NCBI GenBank assembly: GCA_038064495.1
Contig: JBBTSZ010000002.1
Span: forward strand, 344,934 to 408,933
Direction of reading: 5' to 3'
Length of the DNA: 64,000 nucleotides
Origin: Patescibacteria group bacterium
GTDB lineage: Bacteria > Patescibacteriota > Minisyncoccia > Phycocordibacterales > Phycocordibacteraceae
The notes under the pieces are model-generated. The model was not told the origin of the DNA and did not search any database. It was given only the letters and a program-made list of their open reading frames with translations. This document shows positions 35,299 through 44,932 of this stretch, one piece after another. The position numbers were made by a program, and so were the translations under genes. Positions within the stretch are counted from its first letter, which is position 1. Every line of letters starts with the position of its first letter.

Positions 35299-36372
35299 GT
35301 GATGTACAGGATACTCTTACCGAACTCAATCATGGAAAAACTTCCGCATAGGTCTGACACAGAACGCCGCAAGCAAGGTGAAGGTCCTTCCGAAGAGCCT
35401 TCGCTTTTCCCCGAACTTGATGCCTACGTATCTGAACAGGATTCGGACGAAACCCCTGAAGAAAAGACTCGCTTTGAGGCACTTGCTGAAAAATCTAGGC
35501 GTGCAGGTCTACGCATCGCACAAGCAGCTGCACTGCTTTCGATCGCAGGAACACTTGATTACGCTCGCACTCGCTACAACATCCGTGAATCAGTGCCACC
35601 TGGAAGTGAGCGGTTATATGTCCATGAAGATAAGGAAACAACTGATATCTTGAATTACCTCACGGGGAAAGTACACATGCCTGAATCAGAAAAAGTCTTT
35701 TTCTACCGACAACGAGTGCGGAAGAGCATGGAGTCACTGCTATATCCGGTACCCGGTAACATTGATGAAATGAGTCTTGATGAATTGGTACAGATATATG
35801 TACCTGCTTTCGCCATTATTGGAGGAGTTACTGACAAGAAGTTTAATGAGCTAAGTCCAATCCAAAGAAAGCGTTTACAGAAGAAAGCACACGAGTTTAT
35901 TACTGATGCTGTACCTGACTATACGTACGAACCAAAATTATATACAGAAATCTGGGAACTCCAGAAAGAAGTCGGAAAGCCAAGGATACGTTGGGCTGCT
36001 CGTGGCGTCGCCATTACGGCAAAGATGATGGCTTCCACAACAGAAGATGGCCGTTCTTTCTACGATCCGATTAATAACACCGTGTACGTGAGTCCTAATT
36101 ATGTGGCGGGTGCAAACCTGCTTGCTGAGGAAGCTCACTCAAAGCAGTTTAACGATAAGCCGATCGTCTCAAGTGCACGACTCGTGCAAAGTTGGGTGCG
36201 AGTGGTTAGTCGTTCAGTTATCCATTTTGAGAATTTGAAACACAGCTATGAATTTGAGTACGATAAGCCTGATTCACTTGAACATGAAGCACACAGTGTT
36301 ATAGAACCTGCCATGGAGACTGAGCTCTATAAACGACTCGGCATTGAGAAGAAAACTGAAAAAGATAAGTAG
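35299..36372 (+). CDS. hypothetical protein (start uncertain; in-frame ATGs at 35299, 35302 and 35332)
   Basis: 357 aa with an acidic N-terminus and no recognisable motif. Confidence 0.5.
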   Translation: MMYRILLPNSIMEKLPHRSDTERRKQGEGPSEEPSLFPELDAYVSEQDSDETPEEKTRFEALAEKSRRAGLRIAQAAALLSIAGTLDYARTRYNIRESVPPGSERLYVHEDKETTDILNYLTGKVHMPESEKVFFYRQRVRKSMESLLYPVPGNIDEMSLDELVQIYVPAFAIIGGVTDKKFNELSPIQRKRLQKKAHEFITDAVPDYTYEPKLYTEIWELQKEVGKPRIRWAARGVAITAKMMASTTEDGRSFYDPINNTVYVSPNYVAGANLLAEEAHSKQFNDKPIVSSARLVQSWVRVVSRSVIHFENLKHSYEFEYDKPDSLEHEAHSVIEPAMETELYKRLGIEKKTEKDK

Positions 36373-36419
36373 CCTTTTGTGTCGTTTCTCAGGCCTGAAA
36401 CTCGTGCTATTTTGTACCT

Positions 36420-37751
36420 ATGAAGGGGAGAATACTAATTAGGGAGCTTAGCTCTCATGTGGGAAAGACCGTCACTATCGGTGCCTCCGTTAGTGTCAGA
36501 CGCGACCAAGGCAAAATGGTTTTCTTTGATTTCCGTGACCGCACCGGAACGGTCCAAGGAGTGGTGCTCCCCGGTGCAGGCGCTATGGAAGTTGCTAAAG
36601 AAACGCGACACGAATCTGTGGTAGCTGTTACCGGTATCGTCAACAAACGTCCTGATAAAAACATTCAGGAGGGAAAGCAAAACGGGGACATTGAGCTTGA
36701 GATTACCGCAATTGAAATTCTCGGTTCTGCAGAAATACTTCCATTTGAACTAGATGCGGAACTAAATCTTGATACCTATCTGGATAACCTACCGCTTACA
36801 CTTCGTACCGAACGTGCTCGAGCTATTTTTAAAGTGCAATCAGAAATTGTGAAGGCCTATCGTGCGTACTTAAACACTGAAGGCTTTACCGAGTTCCAAG
36901 CGCCAAAACTTATCGGGGACGATGCAGAAGGAAGTGGTGAAGTCTTTGAAGTTCCGTATTTCAATGATAAGACCGCACACCTCGCAACAAGCCCGCAACT
37001 CTACAAGCAAATTATGGTAGGTGCCCTTGAGAGGGTGTTTGCCATAGGTACCGTATTTCGCGCCGAAAAACACTCCACCACGCGTCATTTGAATGAGTAC
37101 ACCTCTATGGATATGGAAATGGGCTTCATTGATGACCACACGGAGGTGATGATGGTTGAAACCAAGCTCATGCAAGCGATTGCCGAACATCTAAAGGGTA
37201 CTTGTTCGGCAGAGTTTGCCCTTCTTGGTGCAGACATTCCAACCGTTCCAGATACCATTCCCTCATTCAAACTTCGCGAGGCACAGGAGCTGATTTATAA
37301 GGAGACCGGACGCGACAATCGCAGCGAACCCGACCTTGAACCAGAAGATGAGCGCTGGCTCTGCGAGTACGCAACGGAGAATCTATCGAGCGATTTTGTG
37401 TTCGTCACTCACTATCCAGTTTCAAAACGCCCGATGTACACCATGGAGGACGAGAACGATATTGGTTACACCAAGGGTTTTGACCTACTATTCCGTGGGG
37501 TAGAAATCACGACGGGAGGACAGCGTCGTCATGACTACCAGAATCTCATTGACGGCATCAAGATGAAGGGACTTGATCCAGAGAACTTCTCGTACTATCT
37601 GCAAGCCTTTAAGTACGGAATGCCACCGCACGGTGGCTGGGGTATGGGACTTGAGCGACTTACAGCTAAATTCCTTAATCTGCCAAATGTGAAGGAAGCG
37701 ACTCTTTTCCCGCGTGATATTAACCGCATTGATACGCTCCTTTCTGATTAG
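36420..37751 (+). CDS. aspS: aspartyl-tRNA synthetase, short archaeal/class IIb type (AsnRS not excluded)
   Basis: N-terminal OB fold. Motif 2 FRAE. QLYKQ. Motif 3 GGWGMGLERL. 443 aa with no bacterial GAD insertion. Confidence 0.75.
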   Translation: MKGRILIRELSSHVGKTVTIGASVSVRRDQGKMVFFDFRDRTGTVQGVVLPGAGAMEVAKETRHESVVAVTGIVNKRPDKNIQEGKQNGDIELEITAIEILGSAEILPFELDAELNLDTYLDNLPLTLRTERARAIFKVQSEIVKAYRAYLNTEGFTEFQAPKLIGDDAEGSGEVFEVPYFNDKTAHLATSPQLYKQIMVGALERVFAIGTVFRAEKHSTTRHLNEYTSMDMEMGFIDDHTEVMMVETKLMQAIAEHLKGTCSAEFALLGADIPTVPDTIPSFKLREAQELIYKETGRDNRSEPDLEPEDERWLCEYATENLSSDFVFVTHYPVSKRPMYTMEDENDIGYTKGFDLLFRGVEITTGGQRRHDYQNLIDGIKMKGLDPENFSYYLQAFKYGMPPHGGWGMGLERLTAKFLNLPNVKEATLFPRDINRIDTLLSD

Positions 37752-37754
37752 GAT

Positions 37755-39158
37755 ATGAAGCTTACTTTCTCAGTAAAGCCACTTGGCTCGTTGCCGAAGA
37801 GCTATGTGCGTGTCGCCTTTGTTGAGGAGAAGGGCGTGAAGCGACTCATACGCGAGCAAGGGATTGAAACAATTGAGATTGGTGTTGGAGCGGAGCTGAG
37901 CCAGCGCACGTTCATTACACTCTGTCGTTCAGTCGTTGCCACTGCCAAACAATTCAAGGCACAGAAAATTGCTATTGAATTTGATGCACATCCATGGCTT
38001 TTTAAAGGATTGAAAGATGTTTCGCCACTACGACTTTCTGAGCTAGCAGCAGAAAACTTTGAGATGGCGAATTATGAATTTACGAAATTCAAGACGAAGC
38101 CAAAGGAAGGATGGGGTGCCGTTGAGGAAATTCTTTTGTGCGGAAAGTTTGATAAAGCTACGGAGGCCGCCGCACGTCGCGGTCAAATCATTGGCGACGA
38201 GGTGAACAAGACACGGGCGCTCGCAAACACACCTGGTGGCGACATGACACCTCGTGGTCTTGCGAACGCTGCGAAAGATGCGGTGAAAGGGTTGCCGGTT
38301 GCGGTCACCATATTGACTCGTAAGCAAATGGAAAAGCTTGGTATGGGTGCGCTACTTGGAGTTGGTAAGGGCTCTACCCATCTTCCGACGTTTACGATTA
38401 TGGAGTACAAGGGAGGGAAGGGTGCGCCCATCGTTCTTGCCGGAAAGGGCATTACGTTTGATTCAGGTGGCCTTAACCTAAAACCCTCAAGTGGCATCTA
38501 CGAAATGCACATGGATATGTCGGGTGCTGCCAGTGTCATCCATGCCGTAGCGCTTGCCGCACGTTTGAAAGTAAAGAAGAACGTCATCGGTCTTATTCCA
38601 GCTGCTGAAAATATGCCCGGAAATGAAGCTTACCGCCCCGGTGACATTTTGCGTTCGATGTCAGGCAAAACAATTGAGGTGCTCAACACCGATGCAGAAG
38701 GCAGACTCGTGCTCGCTGATGCACTCACGTATGCAAAGCGTCTAAAGCCAAGTGTGGTGATAGATATCGCTACACTCACTGGAGCGGCTCTCTCAGCGCT
38801 CGGATTCTATGCAACCGCACTCATGAGTCGCGATGAGAAATTGTCACAAACACTTGAGACGCTTGGTGAGGAGAGCGGTGACTACGTCTGGCCACTTCCG
38901 CTCTGGGATGAATATGAAGCATCACTCAAGGGAACCTTTGCAGACCTCACCAATATCGGAAATGGTCCAGGCGGAAGAACGGGTGGTGCGATAGAAGGAG
39001 GCATGTTCCTTTGGCAATTCGCTCAGGAACTGTCTTGTCCGTGGGCGCATCTTGATATTGCTCCACGCATGACATCTGCTCCGGGTGACGAACTTGCCAA
39101 GGGTGCCGCCGGGGCACCAGTCAGACTTCTGATACGCTACATAGAACAGCATGTCTAA
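37755..39158 (+). CDS. pepA: leucyl aminopeptidase (M17)
   Basis: NTDAEGRLVLADAL signature and the M17 catalytic region. Confidence 0.9.
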   Translation: MKLTFSVKPLGSLPKSYVRVAFVEEKGVKRLIREQGIETIEIGVGAELSQRTFITLCRSVVATAKQFKAQKIAIEFDAHPWLFKGLKDVSPLRLSELAAENFEMANYEFTKFKTKPKEGWGAVEEILLCGKFDKATEAAARRGQIIGDEVNKTRALANTPGGDMTPRGLANAAKDAVKGLPVAVTILTRKQMEKLGMGALLGVGKGSTHLPTFTIMEYKGGKGAPIVLAGKGITFDSGGLNLKPSSGIYEMHMDMSGAASVIHAVALAARLKVKKNVIGLIPAAENMPGNEAYRPGDILRSMSGKTIEVLNTDAEGRLVLADALTYAKRLKPSVVIDIATLTGAALSALGFYATALMSRDEKLSQTLETLGEESGDYVWPLPLWDEYEASLKGTFADLTNIGNGPGGRTGGAIEGGMFLWQFAQELSCPWAHLDIAPRMTSAPGDELAKGAAGAPVRLLIRYIEQHV

Positions 39159-39161
39159 ACC

Positions 39162-39899
39162 ATGGAAGTCATAAAGAAATCAGGATTGCATATCGTAACG
39201 GACGAATTTGAAGGTCCGTTTGAATTAATTCTGGATTTGATTGAGAAGCGAAAACTTTCCGTTAATAATCTCTCCCTTTCGCAAGTTACGGACGATTTCA
39301 TACAACATGTGCGAAGTGAGGCAACTTTTCCGATGGAAGACGCGGCTCAGTTTATTGGTGTCGCAGCCACGCTCCTTCTCATAAAGTCCAAGTCACTTAT
39401 TCCAGAGCTTGAGCTTACCGAGGAAGAGGAAAGTGATGTAGACGAGCTCCAAAAGCGCCTTCGCGAATACGAACGGGTACGCGAGATGATGCGCGAGCTT
39501 TCAAAAATCTTCGGTCGTTCCGTTATGGTTTCTGCAGGAGAACGAGCTCCTGACGTTGTGTTCTCACCAAGTCGTGACCTCACGGTGCTCGCACTCACGA
39601 GTGCGCTCGGCGACACCCTTATGGCACTTGAAACAGAAGAGAAGCTTCCTGAGGCGCGCGTTCGTCCCATGGTCACCATTGAAGAGATGATGGACCGACT
39701 CGTAGAACGCGTCCAGAAGAAACTGAATATGTCCTTTGGCGAATTTGCGGGTGAAGCCAAGGAACGCATTGAAGTTATCGTCTCCTTCTTGGCACTTCTT
39801 GAGCTCGTGAAGCAGGGAGCTGTGGATGTGCTGCAGCACGAGACCTTTGCGGATATTCGGATTACGAATACGACGACCGGCTTGCCGACGTACGGTTAG
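39162..39899 (+). CDS. scpA: segregation and condensation protein A
   Basis: ScpA-like N-terminus (FEGPFELILDLIEKRKLSVNNLSLSQVTDDF). Followed by scpB. Confidence 0.8.
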   Translation: MEVIKKSGLHIVTDEFEGPFELILDLIEKRKLSVNNLSLSQVTDDFIQHVRSEATFPMEDAAQFIGVAATLLLIKSKSLIPELELTEEEESDVDELQKRLREYERVREMMRELSKIFGRSVMVSAGERAPDVVFSPSRDLTVLALTSALGDTLMALETEEKLPEARVRPMVTIEEMMDRLVERVQKKLNMSFGEFAGEAKERIEVIVSFLALLELVKQGAVDVLQHETFADIRITNTTTGLPTYG

Positions 39900-39914
39900 A
39901 GCCTAGTTTAAAAA

Positions 39915-40010
39915 CCCCAGATTCGAGACGTTTTTGAGCGAAAGTACGAGTCGTACTTATTGGTACGGTGAGTGCTTGAGAGAAAAAACAACAAAGAAGC
40001 TGGGGATTTT
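39915..40010 (+). repeat. copy C (degenerate) of the ~95 nt structured element, between scpA and scpB
   Basis: Outer stem ccccag/ctgggg followed by atttttt. Internal GAGCGAAAGT and a cgtac-ttattg-gtacg hairpin. Confidence 0.4.
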
Positions 40011-40051
40011 TAAGCAGGCTCCATGTAAATAGGGTATTCTTAGAGCACTAT

Positions 40052-40594
40052 ATGGCGCTTACCAACCCCGCCCTGCTTGAGGCAGTACTGTTCGCATCCG
40101 GCGAAGCGCTTACCAAGAAACGCGTTATGGCGCTTCTTGATTTTTCTGCCGAAGAATTGGAAGAGGCAAGTGGCGTCCTTCGTGAGGCACTTTCGGGACA
40201 TGGCCTTGCTCTGGCTGAGACTGACACCGAACTTGAGCTCCGCACGGCTCCTGAGGCACACGAGATAGTAAAAAAACTCCGTGAGAGTGAGTTATCGCGC
40301 GATCTCGGAAAGGCGAGTCTTGAAACACTTGCGCTCGTTATTTATCGCGGAAGTGCGACACGTGGAGAAATAGACTGGGTACGCGGAGTAAACTCTGGAG
40401 CTGCGATTCGCTCACTCACGCTCCGCGGTCTCATTGAACGCTCCGAAGACGTAACCGACAAACGTCGCGCTCGTTACACAGCCACCATGGATGCGCTTGC
40501 ACACTTAGGAGTTGCAAAGCGCGAAGACCTCCCGCGCTATGCAGAATTCACGGCGACCTTGAAAGAGCAGGAAGCTAAAACGGAAAGCGTATGA
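40052..40594 (+). CDS. scpB: segregation and condensation protein B
   Basis: LEAVLFASGEALTKKRVMALL and tandem winged-helix pattern. Confidence 0.8.
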   Translation: MALTNPALLEAVLFASGEALTKKRVMALLDFSAEELEEASGVLREALSGHGLALAETDTELELRTAPEAHEIVKKLRESELSRDLGKASLETLALVIYRGSATRGEIDWVRGVNSGAAIRSLTLRGLIERSEDVTDKRRARYTATMDALAHLGVAKREDLPRYAEFTATLKEQEAKTESV

Positions 40595-41565
40595 AGGGTG
40601 CCGACAGCAAACAACTTCGGGAGCTGGTCGCGCGCTACCAAACGAAACTACACACACGTGAGACCGTACTGAACGTCCTTGCAGGTCTTGGCTTAATTGG
40701 GTTCGGTATTGTACTCGTTCCACTTATTTCTAGCCACCGCATTCCAACTGCGTTTGTACCGGAAGCCACGAGTACACCAATCACGGTAAACGCATTCTCT
40801 GGACTCGCACTCACCGGCGAAGCTGCCGTTGTGTATGACCTCTCCACTGGCGAGGTGCTCTTTGAGAAAAATGGTACGAAGCAATTACCGCTTGCGTCCC
40901 TTACGAAACTTCTCACCATGTATGCCGCAGCAAATGCACTTTCTAAAACCGCGAGTGTGACGATATCAGAAACAGCACTCGCTCAAGACGGGGACAGTGG
41001 CCTGACGCTTGGCGAGACCTTCAGACTTTCAGATTTAGAACGTTTTGCCCTTGTTGCCTCATCAAACGACGCGGCAGAGGCAATTGCTGAAGCCGCCTCG
41101 TTAGCACACAAGTCTTCAAACAGGGAACTTCTAGCAAGCGCTGCTGCGGCAGCTGGCCTCCTTCAGACCTATGCAAACAATGGAACCGGTCTTGATGTCT
41201 CTACCTACAAGTCAGGCGGGTACGGTTCAGCGGAAGATGTTGCCCGTCTTGCAGGCGCCCTCATCAAGACCTCTCCCGAAATAGCACATGCAACGATTGA
41301 ACCATACGTGACGGCACGTTCACTTTCAGGCCAGTCGCACACCCTCCCGAATACCAACCAAGACATTGTGCATATTCCAAACCCGCTCCTTTCTAAAACA
41401 GGATTCACTGACCTTGCCGGAGGGAATCTTGTTGTGGTCTTTGACGCAGGAATTAACCACCCGGTTGCCGTCGTGGTGCTTGGCTCCACCAAGGAAGGCC
41501 GCTTTACGGATGTAGACCACCTTGTACTGCGTACTCTGAGCCACTTCGCAGGTATAGCCCCGTAA
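40591..41565 (+). CDS. D-alanyl-D-alanine carboxypeptidase (S11/PBP5-like)
   Basis: SxxK (ASLTKLLT), SxN (SSN) and KTG (SKTGFT) motifs. N-terminal TM anchor. Confidence 0.75.
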   Translation: MKGADSKQLRELVARYQTKLHTRETVLNVLAGLGLIGFGIVLVPLISSHRIPTAFVPEATSTPITVNAFSGLALTGEAAVVYDLSTGEVLFEKNGTKQLPLASLTKLLTMYAAANALSKTASVTISETALAQDGDSGLTLGETFRLSDLERFALVASSNDAAEAIAEAASLAHKSSNRELLASAAAAAGLLQTYANNGTGLDVSTYKSGGYGSAEDVARLAGALIKTSPEIAHATIEPYVTARSLSGQSHTLPNTNQDIVHIPNPLLSKTGFTDLAGGNLVVVFDAGINHPVAVVVLGSTKEGRFTDVDHLVLRTLSHFAGIAP

Positions 41566-41568
41566 TTT

Positions 41569-42630
41569 ATGGTATTTGACGCTGCACGAGTTCTCCTTCC
41601 GTTTGTCGCCTCCTTCATCATTGGGATCGGTCTCACGCCGATTGTGACGCATTACCTCTACAAGCATAAGGCGTGGAAGAAACGGGGAGGGAAGGGAAAT
41701 GGTATGGGAGACACTGCCGGAACCCCTCTGTTTGATTCACTTCATGGCGAACGCGAAGTTTCTACGCCGCGCATGGGTGGCATCGTGGTATGGGGTGCAA
41801 CACTTCTCACCGCGATATTTGCAGGCCTCTTAACCCTTGCTTTCGGCTCTCCGTTTGACCAGCTGAACTTTGTAAATCGTGGCCAGACCTGGCTACCACT
41901 TTTTGCTCTTGTGGTCGGTGGACTCGTTGGCCTTCTTGATGACATTCTTGAGGTCTCGCGGAGTGCCGGAGGACTTCGTTTACGCTTCCGCCTTCTCGTC
42001 GTTGCACTCCTTGGTGCATTCTCTGGCTGGTGGTTTTATGCCAAGCTTGGAGTGAGCGCTGTGAATGTTCCGTTTGTTGGACCTTATGAACTCGGCGCAT
42101 TGTTTATTCTCTTTTTCGTATTTGTAACACTCGCGCTCTATGCGGGAGGCGTCATTGATGGCATTGACGGACTTGCCGGTGGCATCTTTGCCTTTATCTT
42201 CATGTCGTACGCAGCGATAGGATTCGCACAAGGCCAATTCGCACTTGCCGCTTTTAGCTCTGCCGTTGCCGGCTCGTTGTTTGCGTTTCTTTGGTTCAAC
42301 ATTCCTCCCGCTCGTTTTTATCTTTCTGAGACCGGCAGTATGGGGCTCACTATGGCGCTTGCGGTGACTGCCTTTCTCACCGACATACCAGGGGACGGAA
42401 TTGGTATCTTTGTTCTTCCCATCATTGCGCTTCCGCTCACGGTAACCGTTATCACCAACGCCATACAGGTTATTTCAAAGAGAGTATTTAAGAAAAAAGT
42501 ATTTAAGATTGCTCCCATTCATCATCACTTTGAAGCACTTGGTTGGCCTGCCTACAAAGTCACCATGCGCTACTGGGTCATCAGTATTATCGCGGGTATC
42601 TTTGGCATTTCGCTCGCACTTCTGAAATAG
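41569..42630 (+). CDS. mraY: phospho-N-acetylmuramoyl-pentapeptide transferase
   Basis: Polytopic protein with MraY motifs (GLLDD, NAINLIDGLDGLA-like region VIDGIDGLAGG). Confidence 0.9.
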   Translation: MVFDAARVLLPFVASFIIGIGLTPIVTHYLYKHKAWKKRGGKGNGMGDTAGTPLFDSLHGEREVSTPRMGGIVVWGATLLTAIFAGLLTLAFGSPFDQLNFVNRGQTWLPLFALVVGGLVGLLDDILEVSRSAGGLRLRFRLLVVALLGAFSGWWFYAKLGVSAVNVPFVGPYELGALFILFFVFVTLALYAGGVIDGIDGLAGGIFAFIFMSYAAIGFAQGQFALAAFSSAVAGSLFAFLWFNIPPARFYLSETGSMGLTMALAVTAFLTDIPGDGIGIFVLPIIALPLTVTVITNAIQVISKRVFKKKVFKIAPIHHHFEALGWPAYKVTMRYWVISIIAGIFGISLALLK

Positions 42631-42631
42631 T

Positions 42632-43735
42632 ATGAAAGCGCTTTCTGGTGATCGTTTGTTTGCCCTTATCGTCACCATCCTCGTCGTTGGTGGAGCGGCT
42701 ATGTTTCTTTCTGCGGCACTCGGTCTTCTCGCTCGCCAGAACGCCGACCTCGGACACCTCGCGGTAACTCAGCTGGTGCTTGGTCTTATTCCGGGACTAA
42801 TTGCGCTCGTGATTCTCCGATTTATGCCGCCGAAACTCTTGATGCAGAGCGTCATTCCGTTTTACATTTTTGCGCTCATCCTTACCGCACTCGTGTTTAC
42901 CCCCATTGGCGTCCACACGAATGGTGCGACGAGATGGCTCGCGATTGGTCCCGTTACCGTTCAACCGGCAGAATTCCTCAAGATTGCGGTCGTACTTATG
43001 TTTGCTGGATACCTTGCGAAGAACCGAGCAAAGCTTGCTGATTTCAAACACGGACTCTTAGGGTTTGGACTCATCGTCGGAATTCCTTCATTACTTCTTA
43101 TCATGCAACCAAACACCTCCACTACTCTCGTTATAGGCGCAACGGCAGCTGCCATGTATTTCATCGCCGGAGCACCCCTTCGTGATTTCTTCATACTTGG
43201 ACTTATCGCGGTCATTGGATTCAGTTTGCTTGTATTCATGCGTCCGTATCTGTTAGAACGTGTCACGACCTTCATACACCCCTCTCATGACCGACTTGCA
43301 AGTGGCTACCAAATTCAACAGTCACTGATTGCGGTGGGCTCGGGCGGACTCCTCGGACGCGGATTCGGACAAAGCGTGCAGAAATTTAACTACCTGCCGG
43401 AACCAGTGGGGGACTCTATCTTTGCGGTCTACAGTGAAGAGTTTGGTTTTCTTGGTTCAGTGCTTCTCGTACTACTATTCCTCGGTTTTGCACTCCGCGG
43501 CTTTATGATTGCGTCGCAAGCCAGTGACGCCTTTGGCACCTTTACTGCAAGCGGTCTGACACTTATCATCACGGTGTCCGCATTTTTGAATATTGGCGCC
43601 ATGCTTTCCATCTTTCCGCTGACCGGACTCCCGCTCCCATTCATTTCGCATGGCGGTACCGCGCTCCTGGCAGCACTCGCCTCTGTCGGTATCATTTTAA
43701 ACATCGCCGCACACCGCGCAAAACGACGCTCCTAG
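42632..43735 (+). CDS. ftsW: SEDS-family peptidoglycan polymerase FtsW/RodA
   Basis: Ten-TM SEDS architecture, conserved PAEF... region and C-terminal GGT...S motif. Confidence 0.85.
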   Translation: MKALSGDRLFALIVTILVVGGAAMFLSAALGLLARQNADLGHLAVTQLVLGLIPGLIALVILRFMPPKLLMQSVIPFYIFALILTALVFTPIGVHTNGATRWLAIGPVTVQPAEFLKIAVVLMFAGYLAKNRAKLADFKHGLLGFGLIVGIPSLLLIMQPNTSTTLVIGATAAAMYFIAGAPLRDFFILGLIAVIGFSLLVFMRPYLLERVTTFIHPSHDRLASGYQIQQSLIAVGSGGLLGRGFGQSVQKFNYLPEPVGDSIFAVYSEEFGFLGSVLLVLLFLGFALRGFMIASQASDAFGTFTASGLTLIITVSAFLNIGAMLSIFPLTGLPLPFISHGGTALLAALASVGIILNIAAHRAKRRS

Positions 43736-43771
43736 CGCGTGTTCACATGCTACAATCGCCGTAACGAGGTC

Positions 43772-44932
43772 ATGAGAATTGTATTTACAGGAAGTGGTAC
43801 GGGTGGACATTTTTATCCACTCATAGCCATTGCTGAAGCAGTCCGAGAACAGGCGAGTAGTAAGCGTCTCCTTGCGCCAGAGATGTATTTCTTGGGTCCC
43901 GACCCGTTTGACCAGCAGGCACTATTTGAAAATAAAATTGCGTTTGTTGCGACACCAGCCGGTAAAGTACGTCGCTATTTCTCACTTAAGAATGTGAGCG
44001 ATTTCTTCGTTACGATTCGTGGGGTTATTAGTGCACTTATTTCACTTGTCAGTATCTATCCTGATGTCGTTGTTTCTAAAGGTGGCTACACCACTGTCCC
44101 AGTAACGGTTGCCGCAAATATCCTTCGTATTCCGGTCATTATCCATGAGTCTGATGCGAAGCCGGGCCGAGCAAATTTGTTTGCTGCTCCGCGCGCATAC
44201 CGTATCGCTATTACTTTTGATACTGCTCGTGTGTTCTTCCCGAAGAAAGTTCAAGACCGCATTGCACTTACTGGCATTCCGATACGCCGCGAGATCGCGT
44301 ACGTAGACGCACAGGGTGCGCAGGAGGAGCTCCATCTTGACCGTGCCGTTCCAACCATATTCATACTCGGAGGCTCAAGTGGCTCTCAGCGTATTAACGA
44401 AGTCGTGCTTTCTGCTCTTCCCGACCTCGTCTCGTTTGCAAACATCATTCACCAAACTGGAAAGGATAACTTCACGGATGTAGAAGCTACATCCAAGGTG
44501 ATTCTCGGTAAGAGTGAGCACGCTATTCGCTATCATGCATTTCCGTACTTAAATGCTCAGTCCATGCGCCGTGCTGCGGGTGCAGCGACCCTCGTCATCT
44601 CGCGTGCAGGTGCGACCGCCATCTACGAAATATCACTCTGGAAGAAGCCAGCGATTCTCATTCCGATTCCAGAAGCCATTAGCCACGATCAGCGCACGAA
44701 TGCGTACTCTTTCGCACAAACCGGTGCTGCCGTCGTTTTGGAGGAAGCTAATCTTACACCGCATGTCCTTGCATCTGAGGCGAAGCGAATTGCAACTGAC
44801 GCAACCCTTGTACAGACCATGGGTGAGAAAGGTGGTGCCTTTGCCAACCCAAACGCAGCGAATGTAATTGCCGAAGAGATACTATCTATCGGTATTGAAC
44901 ACGCATCCACAACTAGTAAAAGTAACGTATGA
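43772..44932 (+). CDS. murG: undecaprenyldiphospho-muramoylpentapeptide beta-N-acetylglucosaminyltransferase
   Basis: MRIVFTGSGTGGHFYPLIA G-loop. GAGG SD before the ATG at 43772. The track ORF starts in-frame at 43739. Confidence 0.85.
   Translation: MRIVFTGSGTGGHFYPLIAIAEAVREQASSKRLLAPEMYFLGPDPFDQQALFENKIAFVATPAGKVRRYFSLKNVSDFFVTIRGVISALISLVSIYPDVVVSKGGYTTVPVTVAANILRIPVIIHESDAKPGRANLFAAPRAYRIAITFDTARVFFPKKVQDRIALTGIPIRREIAYVDAQGAQEELHLDRAVPTIFILGGSSGSQRINEVVLSALPDLVSFANIIHQTGKDNFTDVEATSKVILGKSEHAIRYHAFPYLNAQSMRRAAGAATLVISRAGATAIYEISLWKKPAILIPIPEAISHDQRTNAYSFAQTGAAVVLEEANLTPHVLASEAKRIATDATLVQTMGEKGGAFANPNAANVIAEEILSIGIEHASTTSKSNV

Noticed and set aside
35208-35351. 47-codon ORF overlapping the start of the 35299 gene
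   Set aside because: It has no SD and sits in a different frame overlapping a longer ORF. It is probably spurious, although the helical composition is not implausible.
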